From assembly GCA_965221905.1 (NCBI GenBank), contig OZ244922.1, positions 2,880,001 through 2,944,000 of the forward strand: 64,000 bases of DNA. The letters are read 5' to 3'. This DNA is from Chloroflexota bacterium (GTDB taxonomy: Bacteria; Chloroflexota; UBA11872; VXOZ01). The position numbers were made by a program, and so were the translations under genes. Under the pieces are notes generated by a model. The model saw nothing but the letters and a program-made list of their open reading frames with translations, did no database searches and had not been told where the DNA came from. Shown here one piece after another: positions 9,988 through 19,501 of this stretch. Position 1 is the first letter of the stretch, and each line of letters starts with the position of its first letter.

Positions 9988-10279
9988 TGGTCTGCCTTTC
10001 TCCACAATTCTACTTAGCTTTCCGGTCGCACAGTCGCGCTACCTTGAGCGCTTTGCGCAGCCGCTCTTAGCCATCCTTCGGCAAAAAGAACTTACGCGCC
10101 CGTACCTCCTTTCCGCCTACTTCGACAGTCCACTTTCGCCTGAGAGTAGCGGTTGTCAGCGGAATTTGGCTTGCTTGAGTTTCCGTTATTCTGCGCTGAG
10201 TCCGAACGGCGTCGCCCAAGGATTTTCTGCTCGATATCCTGCCAGGTGTTGGATTTCCAAACCGATCGCAGGGCAGTTG

Positions 10280-11056
10280 CTAGAGAATCTGCGACAGGAA
10301 GCGCCGCACCCGCTCGTGGCGCGGGTTATTGAAGAACTCAGCAGGCGGCAGGTCTTCGACGATCTGGCCTTCGTCGAACATAACGATGCGGTCGGCCACT
10401 TCGCGGGCAAAGCCCAACTCGTGCGTGATTGCCACGATGGTCATCTGCTGCGAGGAAGCCAGTTCTTTCATTACTTCCAGCACTTCCTTGATCATCTCCG
10501 GGTCCAGAGCCGACGTGGGCTCATCGAAGAGCATGATCTTGGGTTGCATCGCCAGCGCACGGGCGATAGCGACACGCTGCTGCTGACCGCCCGAGAGTTC
10601 GCCTGGATATTTGTCAGCCTGTTCCGGTATGCCCACACGCTCCAGGAGCTCCCGCGCACTGTTCTCCGCATCGGCCAAGGGCGTCTTGCGCACCTTGGTT
10701 GGAGCCAGCGTGATGTTACGCAGTACCGTTAGATGGGGAAAGAGGTTGAACGATTGGAACACCATGCCCACTTCGCGGCGGATGGCGTCGATGTTGCGCA
10801 CATCATCGGTCATCTCGACCCCATCAACGATGATATCGCCGCGCTGATGTTGCTCCAAGCGGTTGATTGCGCGGATAAACGTAGACTTACCCGAGCCGGA
10901 GGGACCGATAACCACCACCACCTCGCTGCGGCGCACAGAGGTGGTGACGCCACGCAGGGCATGGAAGTCACCGAACCACTTATGTACGTCACGGGCCACT
11001 ATGATATTGTCTGCTTCAGGAGCCTGTTCCGACGCTACTGCTGCTTCTGCTGCCAC
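10280..11056 (-). CDS. aapP: Amino acid ABC transporter ATP-binding protein (AapP/BztD-like)
   Basis: GPSGSGKS, LSGGQQQRVAIARAL, LFDEPTSALDPEM. Confidence 0.92.
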   Translation of the reverse strand: MAAEAAVASEQAPEADNIIVARDVHKWFGDFHALRGVTTSVRRSEVVVVIGPSGSGKSTFIRAINRLEQHQRGDIIVDGVEMTDDVRNIDAIRREVGMVFQSFNLFPHLTVLRNITLAPTKVRKTPLADAENSARELLERVGIPEQADKYPGELSGGQQQRVAIARALAMQPKIMLFDEPTSALDPEMIKEVLEVMKELASSQQMTIVAITHELGFAREVADRIVMFDEGQIVEDLPPAEFFNNPRHERVRRFLSQIL

Positions 11057-11127
11057 GTTAACTTCCGAGTGTTTCGACGCCCCATTGCAACCCTTGCGTG
11101 GGACTCATCCTTTGAAATCACTACGCA

Positions 11128-12366
11128 TTACCGTTGGCCAACGCCAAGATGCCGTTCCACCCGACGGCTGACAAATGACATTGTGTACGTAAATATCCAG
11201 AACACTACCGCCACAAATATGAAGAGCTCCCGTGCGTTGTCGGCGAATTGGACGTTGCCCTGCACGATGGAGCGTCCCATTTCCAAGATATCCAGCATGC
11301 CGACAATGTAGACCAGACTCGTGTCCTTGAACAGCGCAATGAACTGACCCACGATTGCAGGTATCACGTTGCGGATTGCCTGAGGCAATTGTATCAGCAT
11401 AGTGACCTGCCAGCCCGGAAGACCCAGGGCACGTGCCGCCTCGGCTTGACCCGGATGCAGTCCCTGCAGTCCCCCACGAATATTCTCGGCCGTGTACGCC
11501 GCCGAGAAGAGCGTGATCACAATGGCCGCCCGCGTCACGGAGTCGACGGGAAAGTTCGACGGCAAGGCGAGCGGTACGAGCACTTGCGACATGAAAAGCA
11601 GCGTAATTAGCGGTACGCCGCGAAAAACCTCGATGAATACCACGCAGAGAACCTTGACCACCGGCAGATTGCTCCGCCGTCCGAGCGCCAGCAGCACACC
11701 AATTGGAAAAGCGAAGAAGATACCCGACACCGCCAGAATCAGGTTGAGCATCAGGCCGCCCCATTTACGCGGCGCCACCTCTTCCATGGCGGGAAAACCC
11801 GGTAATCCGTTGAGCAACAGTAGCAGGAACACGTAGATCGCAATGCCCCCGAGCACGAACGTGCGTGGATGCCCGGTTCTAGGATGGCTACCCAAGCCGT
11901 AGCCTAGACCGATGGTCAACACGTTAGCCAGAATTAGAACACGCACCCACCAGGGCATTACCACGCCCTCGTGGAACATACCGTAGGGCAGCACTCCTAG
12001 CAACACCGTAACGAAGCTATAGCCGATGGCAATGCGCCGGGCAGCTCCACCCCACATTGCGGCAGCCATGCCGAAGAGGATTGAGACCAGCAGCCAGCCT
12101 ACTAGCGGCCGCCACGCGAGTTCTGTTGGGTACAGGCCGATGAGATACTGTTGCGGTCGGCTCGCGATGAGCGTCCAGTCAGCGGTACCGAAAACCCAGC
12201 GAATTATGCTCCAGACCAACCATAGGATCATCGGTACGGAGACCACGGTCACAATGCCGCTAAGCCAGTTACCAAATAAGTTGGTCCTAGCCCAACCAAT
12301 CCAACCTGTTTCTGTGAGTGGCGGAGGCAGTGAGGGCGCCGGTTGCCACGTTTCCGCAGTAGCCAT
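11128..12366 (-). CDS. aapM: Amino acid ABC transporter permease (AapM/BztC-like)
   Basis: WARTNLF, WGGLMLNL, FIEVFRGVPLIT, AENIRGGLQ, FKDTSLV. Confidence 0.9.
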   Translation of the reverse strand: MATAETWQPAPSLPPPLTETGWIGWARTNLFGNWLSGIVTVVSVPMILWLVWSIIRWVFGTADWTLIASRPQQYLIGLYPTELAWRPLVGWLLVSILFGMAAAMWGGAARRIAIGYSFVTVLLGVLPYGMFHEGVVMPWWVRVLILANVLTIGLGYGLGSHPRTGHPRTFVLGGIAIYVFLLLLLNGLPGFPAMEEVAPRKWGGLMLNLILAVSGIFFAFPIGVLLALGRRSNLPVVKVLCVVFIEVFRGVPLITLLFMSQVLVPLALPSNFPVDSVTRAAIVITLFSAAYTAENIRGGLQGLHPGQAEAARALGLPGWQVTMLIQLPQAIRNVIPAIVGQFIALFKDTSLVYIVGMLDILEMGRSIVQGNVQFADNARELFIFVAVVFWIFTYTMSFVSRRVERHLGVGQR

Positions 12367-12379
12367 TAAGCAGCTAGCC

Positions 12380-13567
12380 TTAATTGAACTGGATATGCCG
12401 GTTATAGAGATTGCCAATCAGGGAGTATGTGAGACTGAAAAGCAAGTAAACGCCCATGATAATGAGAAATATGGTGACCGCTGGGGCCGTCTGAGTCATG
12501 GTCTTAGCCACACTGGTCAAGTCCGCGTAGCCGATGGCCAAAGCCAGACTACTGTTCTTCGTCAGGTTTAGGTACTGACTGATAAGGGGCGGGACGATGA
12601 CGCGCAGTGCCTGTGGGAAAGTAACGAAGCGCAACGTCTGCATGGTACCCAAGCCCAAAGAGCGGGATGCCTCGCTTTGTCCCCGCGACACAGACTGCAG
12701 TCCTCCCCGGACGATTTCCGCGATGAAGGCCGAGGTGTAAATTACTAATCCCACCAGCAACGCCGTCAATTCAATTGAAATGGCGTAACCGCCTACTGGA
12801 TGACCGAAGCGCCCTTCGGGATGCGGAACACTCATGATGAACGGGGCATCACTAATGATCACCCACGCCACCCACGCTATCAAAGAACCCACTAACGCTG
12901 TGCCAATTGCCCCTATCCAGGGATACGACAGGCGCCCGGTCCGCATTTCGCGGCGCTCCAACAGAATTCGCGTGACTAGCCCTAACGCAATAGCCGCCAC
13001 AACACATAGAAGCCATAGCCCTGGCCGCTGCTGACCCTCAGGCCATGGAAACGACAACCCCGCGTTATTGTTCAGGTAGATAGCATCAAACCAGACAAAC
13101 CCCCCCTGTTGTATTGATGGCAGTCCTAGCAGCAAGATGTACCAGAAGAAGAGCTGTACCAATAAGGGCACGTTGCGGAAGACTTCCACGTACACGGTGG
13201 CTACTTTACTGATCACCCAGTTGCCGGAGAGCTGTACCGCTCCCACGATGATGCCTAGTGTAGTAGCAAGTATCACACCCACTACAGACACCATCAGCGT
13301 GTTGGTCGCAGCTACGAGAAAGGCATAGGCAAAGCTATCGCTCTCTTCATACGGCAGCAGGGTCTCACTTATGGGAGTGGAGTACTCACGGTTCAAGAAC
13401 GACCAGCCGAAGGGAATGTCTCGTTGGTCCATTGCAGATGCAATGTTGGAGATGAAAAACGCCACAACCGCCACCACAAGGATTCCCGACACGATCTGCA
13501 TGGTCCAGCTAAGGATACGAGAGTGTCGCCAAATGGGAATTCCCTGGTACGTTAGCGATAGTCGCAT
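12380..13567 (-). CDS. aapQ: Amino acid ABC transporter permease (AapQ/BztB-like)
   Basis: FGWSFL, YVEVFRNVPLLVQL, AEIVRGG, YLNLTKNSSLA. Confidence 0.9.
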   Translation of the reverse strand: MRLSLTYQGIPIWRHSRILSWTMQIVSGILVVAVVAFFISNIASAMDQRDIPFGWSFLNREYSTPISETLLPYEESDSFAYAFLVAATNTLMVSVVGVILATTLGIIVGAVQLSGNWVISKVATVYVEVFRNVPLLVQLFFWYILLLGLPSIQQGGFVWFDAIYLNNNAGLSFPWPEGQQRPGLWLLCVVAAIALGLVTRILLERREMRTGRLSYPWIGAIGTALVGSLIAWVAWVIISDAPFIMSVPHPEGRFGHPVGGYAISIELTALLVGLVIYTSAFIAEIVRGGLQSVSRGQSEASRSLGLGTMQTLRFVTFPQALRVIVPPLISQYLNLTKNSSLALAIGYADLTSVAKTMTQTAPAVTIFLIIMGVYLLFSLTYSLIGNLYNRHIQFN

Positions 13568-13643
13568 AGTCTTTATAACCTAGCAATCGAGCTACCGGCA
13601 TCCGCAGCTAGTAGCAAAACACACGATTCCCAGCGCATTCTAG

Positions 13644-14780
13644 CTAGCGCAATGGCGCCGCATAGATTTGTCCGCCTTTGGGGCAGTCAGAGCACGGCGC
13701 ATTCGACCACAACGCGTTGCGGGATCCTTCCCGCGGTAGATCGATGCCCGTGTCCGGGCCCAGATTCCGCGCATAGATCTCGCCGTAATTGCCTACCGTC
13801 TTGATCACGGTCTGTGCCACTGTTTTGTCAAGCCTCAGCTCCTCTTGACCGAATGAGCCTTCCGTTCCCAGCAAGCGCTTTGCCTTCACGTTGTCTCCTG
13901 CGGCGATCTCGTCAACGTTAGTCGAGTCAATGCCATACGCCTCAGCGTAAATCAAAATGCCCATGACGGTCTTCACGACATCGAACCACTGTTCGTCGCC
14001 GTGAGGCACAAGCGGTCCCAGCGGCTCCTCGGAAATCGTCTCCGGCAGGATGATGTGTTCATCCGGATTAGTCAAAGAACTCCGCAGCGCCGTGAGCGCC
14101 GAGCGGTCGGTCGTGAACACTTCACACGCGCCGCTTTTATAGGCCTCGAAGGCCAACTGTGCCTCTTCGAATGTCTTTGGATTATACTCCATACTGTTCT
14201 GGCGGAAAAAATCGGCCATGTTTAGCTCAGAAGTGGTACCGGTATTCACGCAGACCGCCGCGCCTGCCAACTCGTACGCGCTCGTCACTCCTAAGCTCTT
14301 TGGCACCATGAAGCCTTGGCCGTCGTAAAACATCGTTTGCACGAAATTTCCCCAGGCGGCGTCACGCGACGTCGTCCACGTTGTCACGTATACGAGTAAG
14401 TCCACTTCCCCCGACTGCATCACAGGCCCGCGTTCAGCAGCCGTGATTAGACGAATCTCTACGGCATCGGGATCACCCAGCACGCCCGCAGCCACGGCAC
14501 GGCAGAGATCGATGTCAAAACCGACACTATTACCGGCCTCGTCCACATAGCCAAACCCCGGCGTGTCGTTGAGGCTAGCGCAGATGAGTCGCCCGCGGGC
14601 GCGCACTGCCTCCAGTCGCGAACTCACGGCAGGCGCAGCCATAGATTCACTCTTGCCCATTTCGGCAGATTCTTTCGGGGCTGGCTCAGAATCAGTGGCG
14701 CAAGCCGGTCCGAGAAGGAGGGCCATTGCCATTACCAAACCGGCAATGAAAAGCCCGAATTGCTTCACAAATGTACGCAT
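13644..14780 (-). CDS. aapJ: Amino acid ABC transporter substrate-binding lipoprotein (AapJ/BztA-like), copy 2
   Basis: GFDIDLCRAVAA, FYDGQGFMV, ISEEPLGP, VGNYGEIY; lipobox-like GPAC; start at ATG 14780. Confidence 0.88.
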   Translation of the reverse strand: MRTFVKQFGLFIAGLVMAMALLLGPACATDSEPAPKESAEMGKSESMAAPAVSSRLEAVRARGRLICASLNDTPGFGYVDEAGNSVGFDIDLCRAVAAGVLGDPDAVEIRLITAAERGPVMQSGEVDLLVYVTTWTTSRDAAWGNFVQTMFYDGQGFMVPKSLGVTSAYELAGAAVCVNTGTTSELNMADFFRQNSMEYNPKTFEEAQLAFEAYKSGACEVFTTDRSALTALRSSLTNPDEHIILPETISEEPLGPLVPHGDEQWFDVVKTVMGILIYAEAYGIDSTNVDEIAAGDNVKAKRLLGTEGSFGQEELRLDKTVAQTVIKTVGNYGEIYARNLGPDTGIDLPREGSRNALWSNAPCSDCPKGGQIYAAPLR

Positions 14781-15022
14781 TGCTATCCCCACCAACCCAC
14801 TAGTGGTTGCTGAACCAAGAGTTCGTTTAGAATTCACACCAGTTATCGTAGTGGCAAACCCAATTGCTCTACTGAATGCTCCGTAGATCCGATTTGCGGA
14901 TTGCCCTGCCGAATGAACCCCCCACAACCCCGGCCGGGCAGTCTTTGCACGAGGTGATAATACCAAAAGTCGCGTCGACCCGGAAGGTCCAGGCCGACGC
15001 GACGATTATCAACGACTACGAA

Positions 15023-16153
15023 CTAGCGCAGCGGCGCAGCATAGATCTGTCCGCCCTTCGGGCAGTCAGAGCAAGGCGCATTCGACCACAGCGCATTGCG
15101 CGAACCCTCACGCGGCAGATTGACGTCCGTCTCCGGACCCAAGTTCCGCGCATAGATCTCGCCATAGTTGCCTACTGCCTTGATAACGTTCTGGCCCACT
15201 AGCTGATCAAGTCCCAACTCATCTTGACCAAATGAGCCTTCCGTGCCCAGCAGACGCTTCGCCTTAACGTTATCGCCATCAGCCATGGCGTCAACGTTAC
15301 CAGAGTTGATGCCGTAAGCTTCGCCGTAGATTAGGATGCTCATCACGGTCTTCACAATGTCGAACCATTGCTCGTCACCGTGGGGCACCACCGGTCCTAG
15401 CGGCTCCTCAGAGATCGTCTCCGGCAGAATAATGTGGTTCTCTGGATCAGTTAGAGCGGTCCGCAGTGCCGCAAGCTGTGAGCGGTCGTTTGTGAACACT
15501 TCGCACGCGCCACTCTGGTAGGCCTCCAAGACCAAGTCCGTATCTTCATAGACCTTTGGATTGTATTCCAAGTTGTTCTGGCGGAAGAAGTCGGCCATGT
15601 TCAACTCGGTGGTAGTACCGCTGGTCACACACACCGCTGCACCGCCCAACTCGTAGGCGCTCGTCACGCCCAGGCTCTTGGGAACCATGAAGCCCTGGCC
15701 GTCGTAGAACATCGTCTGCGCGTAGTTACCCCATGCAGCATCGCGCGAGGTCGTCCACGTGACGGTGCGTACGAGCAAGTCCACCTCGCCCGACTGGACG
15801 GTAGGTCCGCGCTCGGCAGCCGTAATCAAGCGGATTTCAAATGCATCCGGGTCGTTCAGCACGGCCGCTGCCACGGCGCGGCAAAGGTCAATGTCGAAGC
15901 CCACGCTATTGCCGGCCTCGTCTATGGAACCGTAGCCCGGCACATCGTTGCGGCTAGCGCAAATGACGTGACCACGTTCACGCACGGTGTCCAGACGTGA
16001 AGTCATAGCCGGAGCTTCCATCACCTCGGTCTTGGCTTCGGCATCTTTTTCCATCTCTCCCGAATCCGCCTCGTCATCACCGCACGCCACACTGAAAAGC
16101 AGCGCGAGCATAACGCCCAAAACGACCAGGAGCTTACAAAGATTTCTCATCAT
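15023..16153 (-). CDS. aapJ: Amino acid ABC transporter substrate-binding lipoprotein (AapJ/BztA-like), copy 1
   Basis: Same motifs as copy 2; SVAC lipobox; GGAGG RBS before ATG 16153. Confidence 0.9.
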   Translation of the reverse strand: MMRNLCKLLVVLGVMLALLFSVACGDDEADSGEMEKDAEAKTEVMEAPAMTSRLDTVRERGHVICASRNDVPGYGSIDEAGNSVGFDIDLCRAVAAAVLNDPDAFEIRLITAAERGPTVQSGEVDLLVRTVTWTTSRDAAWGNYAQTMFYDGQGFMVPKSLGVTSAYELGGAAVCVTSGTTTELNMADFFRQNNLEYNPKVYEDTDLVLEAYQSGACEVFTNDRSQLAALRTALTDPENHIILPETISEEPLGPVVPHGDEQWFDIVKTVMSILIYGEAYGINSGNVDAMADGDNVKAKRLLGTEGSFGQDELGLDQLVGQNVIKAVGNYGEIYARNLGPETDVNLPREGSRNALWSNAPCSDCPKGGQIYAAPLR

Positions 16154-16198
16154 TTCCCCTCCCTCATAGCACCTCTTCGTGCTTTGATATTGCGATCC

Positions 16199-16227
16199 AT
16201 TATATTGACTACACTTTCCCGTTGCAA
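16199..16227 (-). promoter_or_regulatory. Sigma70-type promoter for the amino acid ABC operon
   Basis: Minus strand TTGCAA-17 nt-TATAAT, ending ~45 nt upstream of aapJ copy 1. Confidence 0.65.
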
Positions 16228-16380
16228 CTAAGAAAACTTCCCTATCAACATCGACTTGCGACCGGCATCTAGCCTCGTTGCCAAGCACAGCTTGACTTGC
16301 AGCCATACAGAGATGTCTCCTAGGCCTCCTTTCAATCGCAAATCACTAAACTGCGGTGCCGGAATAACTTGAATCTAGGG

Positions 16381-17322
16381 CTAACCAACCACCACGGACT
16401 GCTGCGCAAGCACACGTTCCGCTTCACGAGTTGAACGATCGTGGTATTCCACCCAATTCTCAAGACCGTACTCGCTCTTGATGCGTGACATCGGCCACGC
16501 GTCGTCGTTGGATTCCACCATGAATACGCCGTCGTCCCGTGTACCTATTATAGTTACCCTGTGCCCGAGATCCGTCTGCATCTGGCGAATCTGCTCGTAT
16601 TGCATGTCGTAGTGGAAAACTTCAGCTTCAAGATCAACCGTACTGTGAGCCACGTGCACGCCCAAGCCACTGGCGGCAACCTCGTCACCGAGTTTGTTAA
16701 TGATGCGGGAGCGTCCGCCGCTCACAGACGAAACAATTACATAACTATGCAGCCAGGCATAGGCACGCAGGCGCAAGCCGCCGTCGCACATGCTTGGGAA
16801 GACTACCAGCTCGGCCCCTGCCGCGCCGACCCGCGCCCACTCTTCCGGATAGTCAACGTCGAAGCAGATGAGCATACCCACCCTGCCAAAATCCGTCTCG
16901 AAAACCGGCATGTCGGTGTAGAAACCGGGCACCGTCCCTGCCTCGAGCTCTCCCAGCGTAGGATGGACCTTGTCATATTGACCGACGATTTCGCCCTGAC
17001 GATCAAAGAGGACGCTGGTATTGAGCCGCACGTTACCGCGCACCTCACACATGCCGGCAACGACATACATGCCGTGCTGACGGGCCTTTTCCGCATAGAC
17101 GTCTGAGGTCGGGCCGGGAATGGGTTCCCATGCTTTCTCACGTTCCTCCGCGTCGCCCGATAGGCCCAAAATAGTGAACTCTTCCGGCAAGCAGGCAAGA
17201 TCAGCGCCCAAGCCTCCCATCCGATCCAGCAGTTCCGCCGCCAACTCGTGATTTGCGGTGATCGTCGGGCGGCTGCTCATGTGGCCGACGCACGCAGTGG
17301 CTACCAACGCTTTGCGCGGCAT
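16381..17322 (-). CDS. Carbon-nitrogen hydrolase (nitrilase superfamily)
   Basis: Glu-Lys-Cys triad motifs CLPEE, YDKVHP, ICFDVDYPE. Confidence 0.87.
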   Translation of the reverse strand: MPRKALVATACVGHMSSRPTITANHELAAELLDRMGGLGADLACLPEEFTILGLSGDAEEREKAWEPIPGPTSDVYAEKARQHGMYVVAGMCEVRGNVRLNTSVLFDRQGEIVGQYDKVHPTLGELEAGTVPGFYTDMPVFETDFGRVGMLICFDVDYPEEWARVGAAGAELVVFPSMCDGGLRLRAYAWLHSYVIVSSVSGGRSRIINKLGDEVAASGLGVHVAHSTVDLEAEVFHYDMQYEQIRQMQTDLGHRVTIIGTRDDGVFMVESNDDAWPMSRIKSEYGLENWVEYHDRSTREAERVLAQQSVVVG

Positions 17323-17491
17323 GCTCTTTGCTCCTCATTGAAAGAGAATAAGTTCAAGGAAAAGCGTGTGTTCATTCACTAGAGTATACTCTATTTCGGC
17401 AAAGTCAAACTAGCCTTTTTGTCAGATAGAGCCTCTTTTTGCGGGCTATGGCTTCCACCCGGTCTCGACCGATATCCGCTGAATGGTGTCC

Positions 17492-17527
17492 TGGCTGCAG
17501 GGTACACACAGTAGAGTCCTGCAGCCA
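17492..17527. terminator. Inverted repeat downstream of solute-binding protein gene
   Basis: TGGCTGCAGG...CCTGCAGCCA 10 bp arms with a 16 nt loop. Confidence 0.35.
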
Positions 17528-17586
17528 AACTTCTCGAGCATCTTAAAGACGCCGGATTATTGCTCCTCAGTCTACTTGGACAGTCT

Positions 17587-18963
17587 CTACAGTCCTAGTC
17601 GTTCTGCCCACTCGTCCAGCGAATCCTGCCCGGCCTTCTCATACTGGGCGAGTGCTTCGGGAATAGTAGTCTTGCCGTCTTTGAGATCATTCAGCATCGT
17701 GTTGACCTCTCTGCGAATTACGGCAATCCCCGGCACGCCAAGCCAGAAATGAGCGCCCTCCATCTGGGCGATGACAAACTCCTTGAACGGGTCGCCTTCG
17801 GTGTAGTCCGCACTCTGTGCAGTGGCCTTCTGCACAGGGATGCGATCCATCGCAATCGACCACTTCAAATCAATATCGGGGCGGTACATGAAGTCCAGGA
17901 AGGCAAAACCTCCATCAGGATTCTCGCTGCCGCTCGGCAGGCAGAGCGCCCAGTCGCCTGTGTACGTGGCCAATTCGCCGCCTTCTGACGGCAAGCCATA
18001 ACTTGCATAGACCCAGCTGAGCCCTTCGAACCCGCTTATAGTGGGACGAGACGCATTCGTCGCGTATAGGTGCGTCATAATCCCGTTACCGAATTGCTGG
18101 TTGAAGTTGGTGCCCTCATGGAAAGCCTTGATCGCCGGCCAACCGCCCTGGGCCGCAAATTGCTTCATATGCCACTGCAGCGCCCACACCGCCTTCTCAT
18201 TGTTAACAGTGAATTTAGAGCGGTCGTCGCTGAAAATCGACCCGCCCTGCTGCCAGTAAGGTACCATCCATTGCGCGGAACCGCCGGAGCCGCGGTAGGG
18301 ATCCCAGGATAATCGCGCAACCTTGTCCCCTTCCGCTTTGAAAGTCTTGAGTACCGCGGAATCCATCTCGTCCCAGGTTGCGGGCGGGTTTTCGGGGTCA
18401 AGCCCGGCTTCTAAGTAGTGCTCCGCATTGATGTAAAGGAGCCGCGTATCTATGCTATAGGGCAACGCGGACCGTTGACCGCGGTAAGTGGTCTGCTTAT
18501 CGGCATCCGGCCACATCTTTTCGGGCGCCACGTTCTCGGAGGTCTTCTGGTACGAATCGAGCCAGCGAGTCACTTCTAGCAGAGCCCACTCATTCTGAAT
18601 CCACGACTGGGTCTTCACCACGTCGGGAGCGGTGCCCGCGGCGACTACGGTAGCCACGTCATTGAAACCGCCATTTGGCTGTGGATTGGAAACCATGGTG
18701 TAGCCGCTGGTGGCATCGAATTCCCCTTTGATTTCCTGAGGAACGGGTGCCTGCCCGAAGTCCCAATTGTTAAAGCCGTGGTGCCACACAATGACATCTT
18801 TGACTTCCGGTTCCGGTTGAGCTTCCGGTTGCTTGGCTTCAGGCTGGGCCTCTGCCTCCCCAGCACTCGGAGCAGTCACCGCCTGCCCACAAGAGCCAAG
18901 TAGTATAGCGCCGCCAATTAGCGGTGTGGCTCCCAAAATTGTACGCCGTGAAAAACGGGACAT
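17587..18963 (-). CDS. Extracellular solute-binding lipoprotein (sugar-type ABC), Tat signal
   Basis: SRRTIL plus LGSC lipobox; ALPYSIDTRLLY, GLDPENPPATWDE; resembles 8560-9987. Confidence 0.85.
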   Translation of the reverse strand: MSRFSRRTILGATPLIGGAILLGSCGQAVTAPSAGEAEAQPEAKQPEAQPEPEVKDVIVWHHGFNNWDFGQAPVPQEIKGEFDATSGYTMVSNPQPNGGFNDVATVVAAGTAPDVVKTQSWIQNEWALLEVTRWLDSYQKTSENVAPEKMWPDADKQTTYRGQRSALPYSIDTRLLYINAEHYLEAGLDPENPPATWDEMDSAVLKTFKAEGDKVARLSWDPYRGSGGSAQWMVPYWQQGGSIFSDDRSKFTVNNEKAVWALQWHMKQFAAQGGWPAIKAFHEGTNFNQQFGNGIMTHLYATNASRPTISGFEGLSWVYASYGLPSEGGELATYTGDWALCLPSGSENPDGGFAFLDFMYRPDIDLKWSIAMDRIPVQKATAQSADYTEGDPFKEFVIAQMEGAHFWLGVPGIAVIRREVNTMLNDLKDGKTTIPEALAQYEKAGQDSLDEWAERLGL

Positions 18964-19501
18964 ATTGCAACTCCTTTACCTACCAACCTTAGGAACCACC
19001 GTTCTCCTGCGCAAACCAGTAAATCCTGTAAGAACACTCAAGCGCAGACATACAGCAAGGATATCACAATCAATTCAATTGCAATAGCCAATTCTGCGAG
19101 CCATCATTCATGTCAAATCCCGCTACAAAAACGCAAAAGAGATGTGGGGGTTGACATACGGGCTGGGGGTTATTGCAGTATCCCACGCGTTGGCCTGCAA
19201 GACCGGGCAGCAGTTTTCATGTGCTTGCCGGATTTAGAAATGCGATTAGGCCGTTCGCGCCTGCTCGAATACATCTGAATGCGGTACGGTGACCATGCGT
19301 CAATGAATCTCGGTATCAATGCCCGACCACGCAAGGCGGTCTCGAAGAGATCACCCGGGTCGTTACACAGAGCTCTGGGCTTGGATTGGGAAACATTGTG
19401 AATCATGCTTGCCGTCTAGTATGGTAGGAATTAGAGGGCAGCCGATCGCTTCCACCGCCCCTTACACCCGACTCTTCATGCAATAGGCACATTGACCACA
19501 C

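Noticed and set aside
14781-14966. N-terminal extensions in the ORF track (also at 16306, 21697, 26408, 38189, 43326, 63959)
   Set aside because: Downstream starts have RBS and/or signal-peptide or family N-terminus support; the extensions look non-coding
18964-19501. Riboswitch or small gene in the divergent intergenic region
   Set aside because: No recognisable aptamer consensus or convincing ORF by eye
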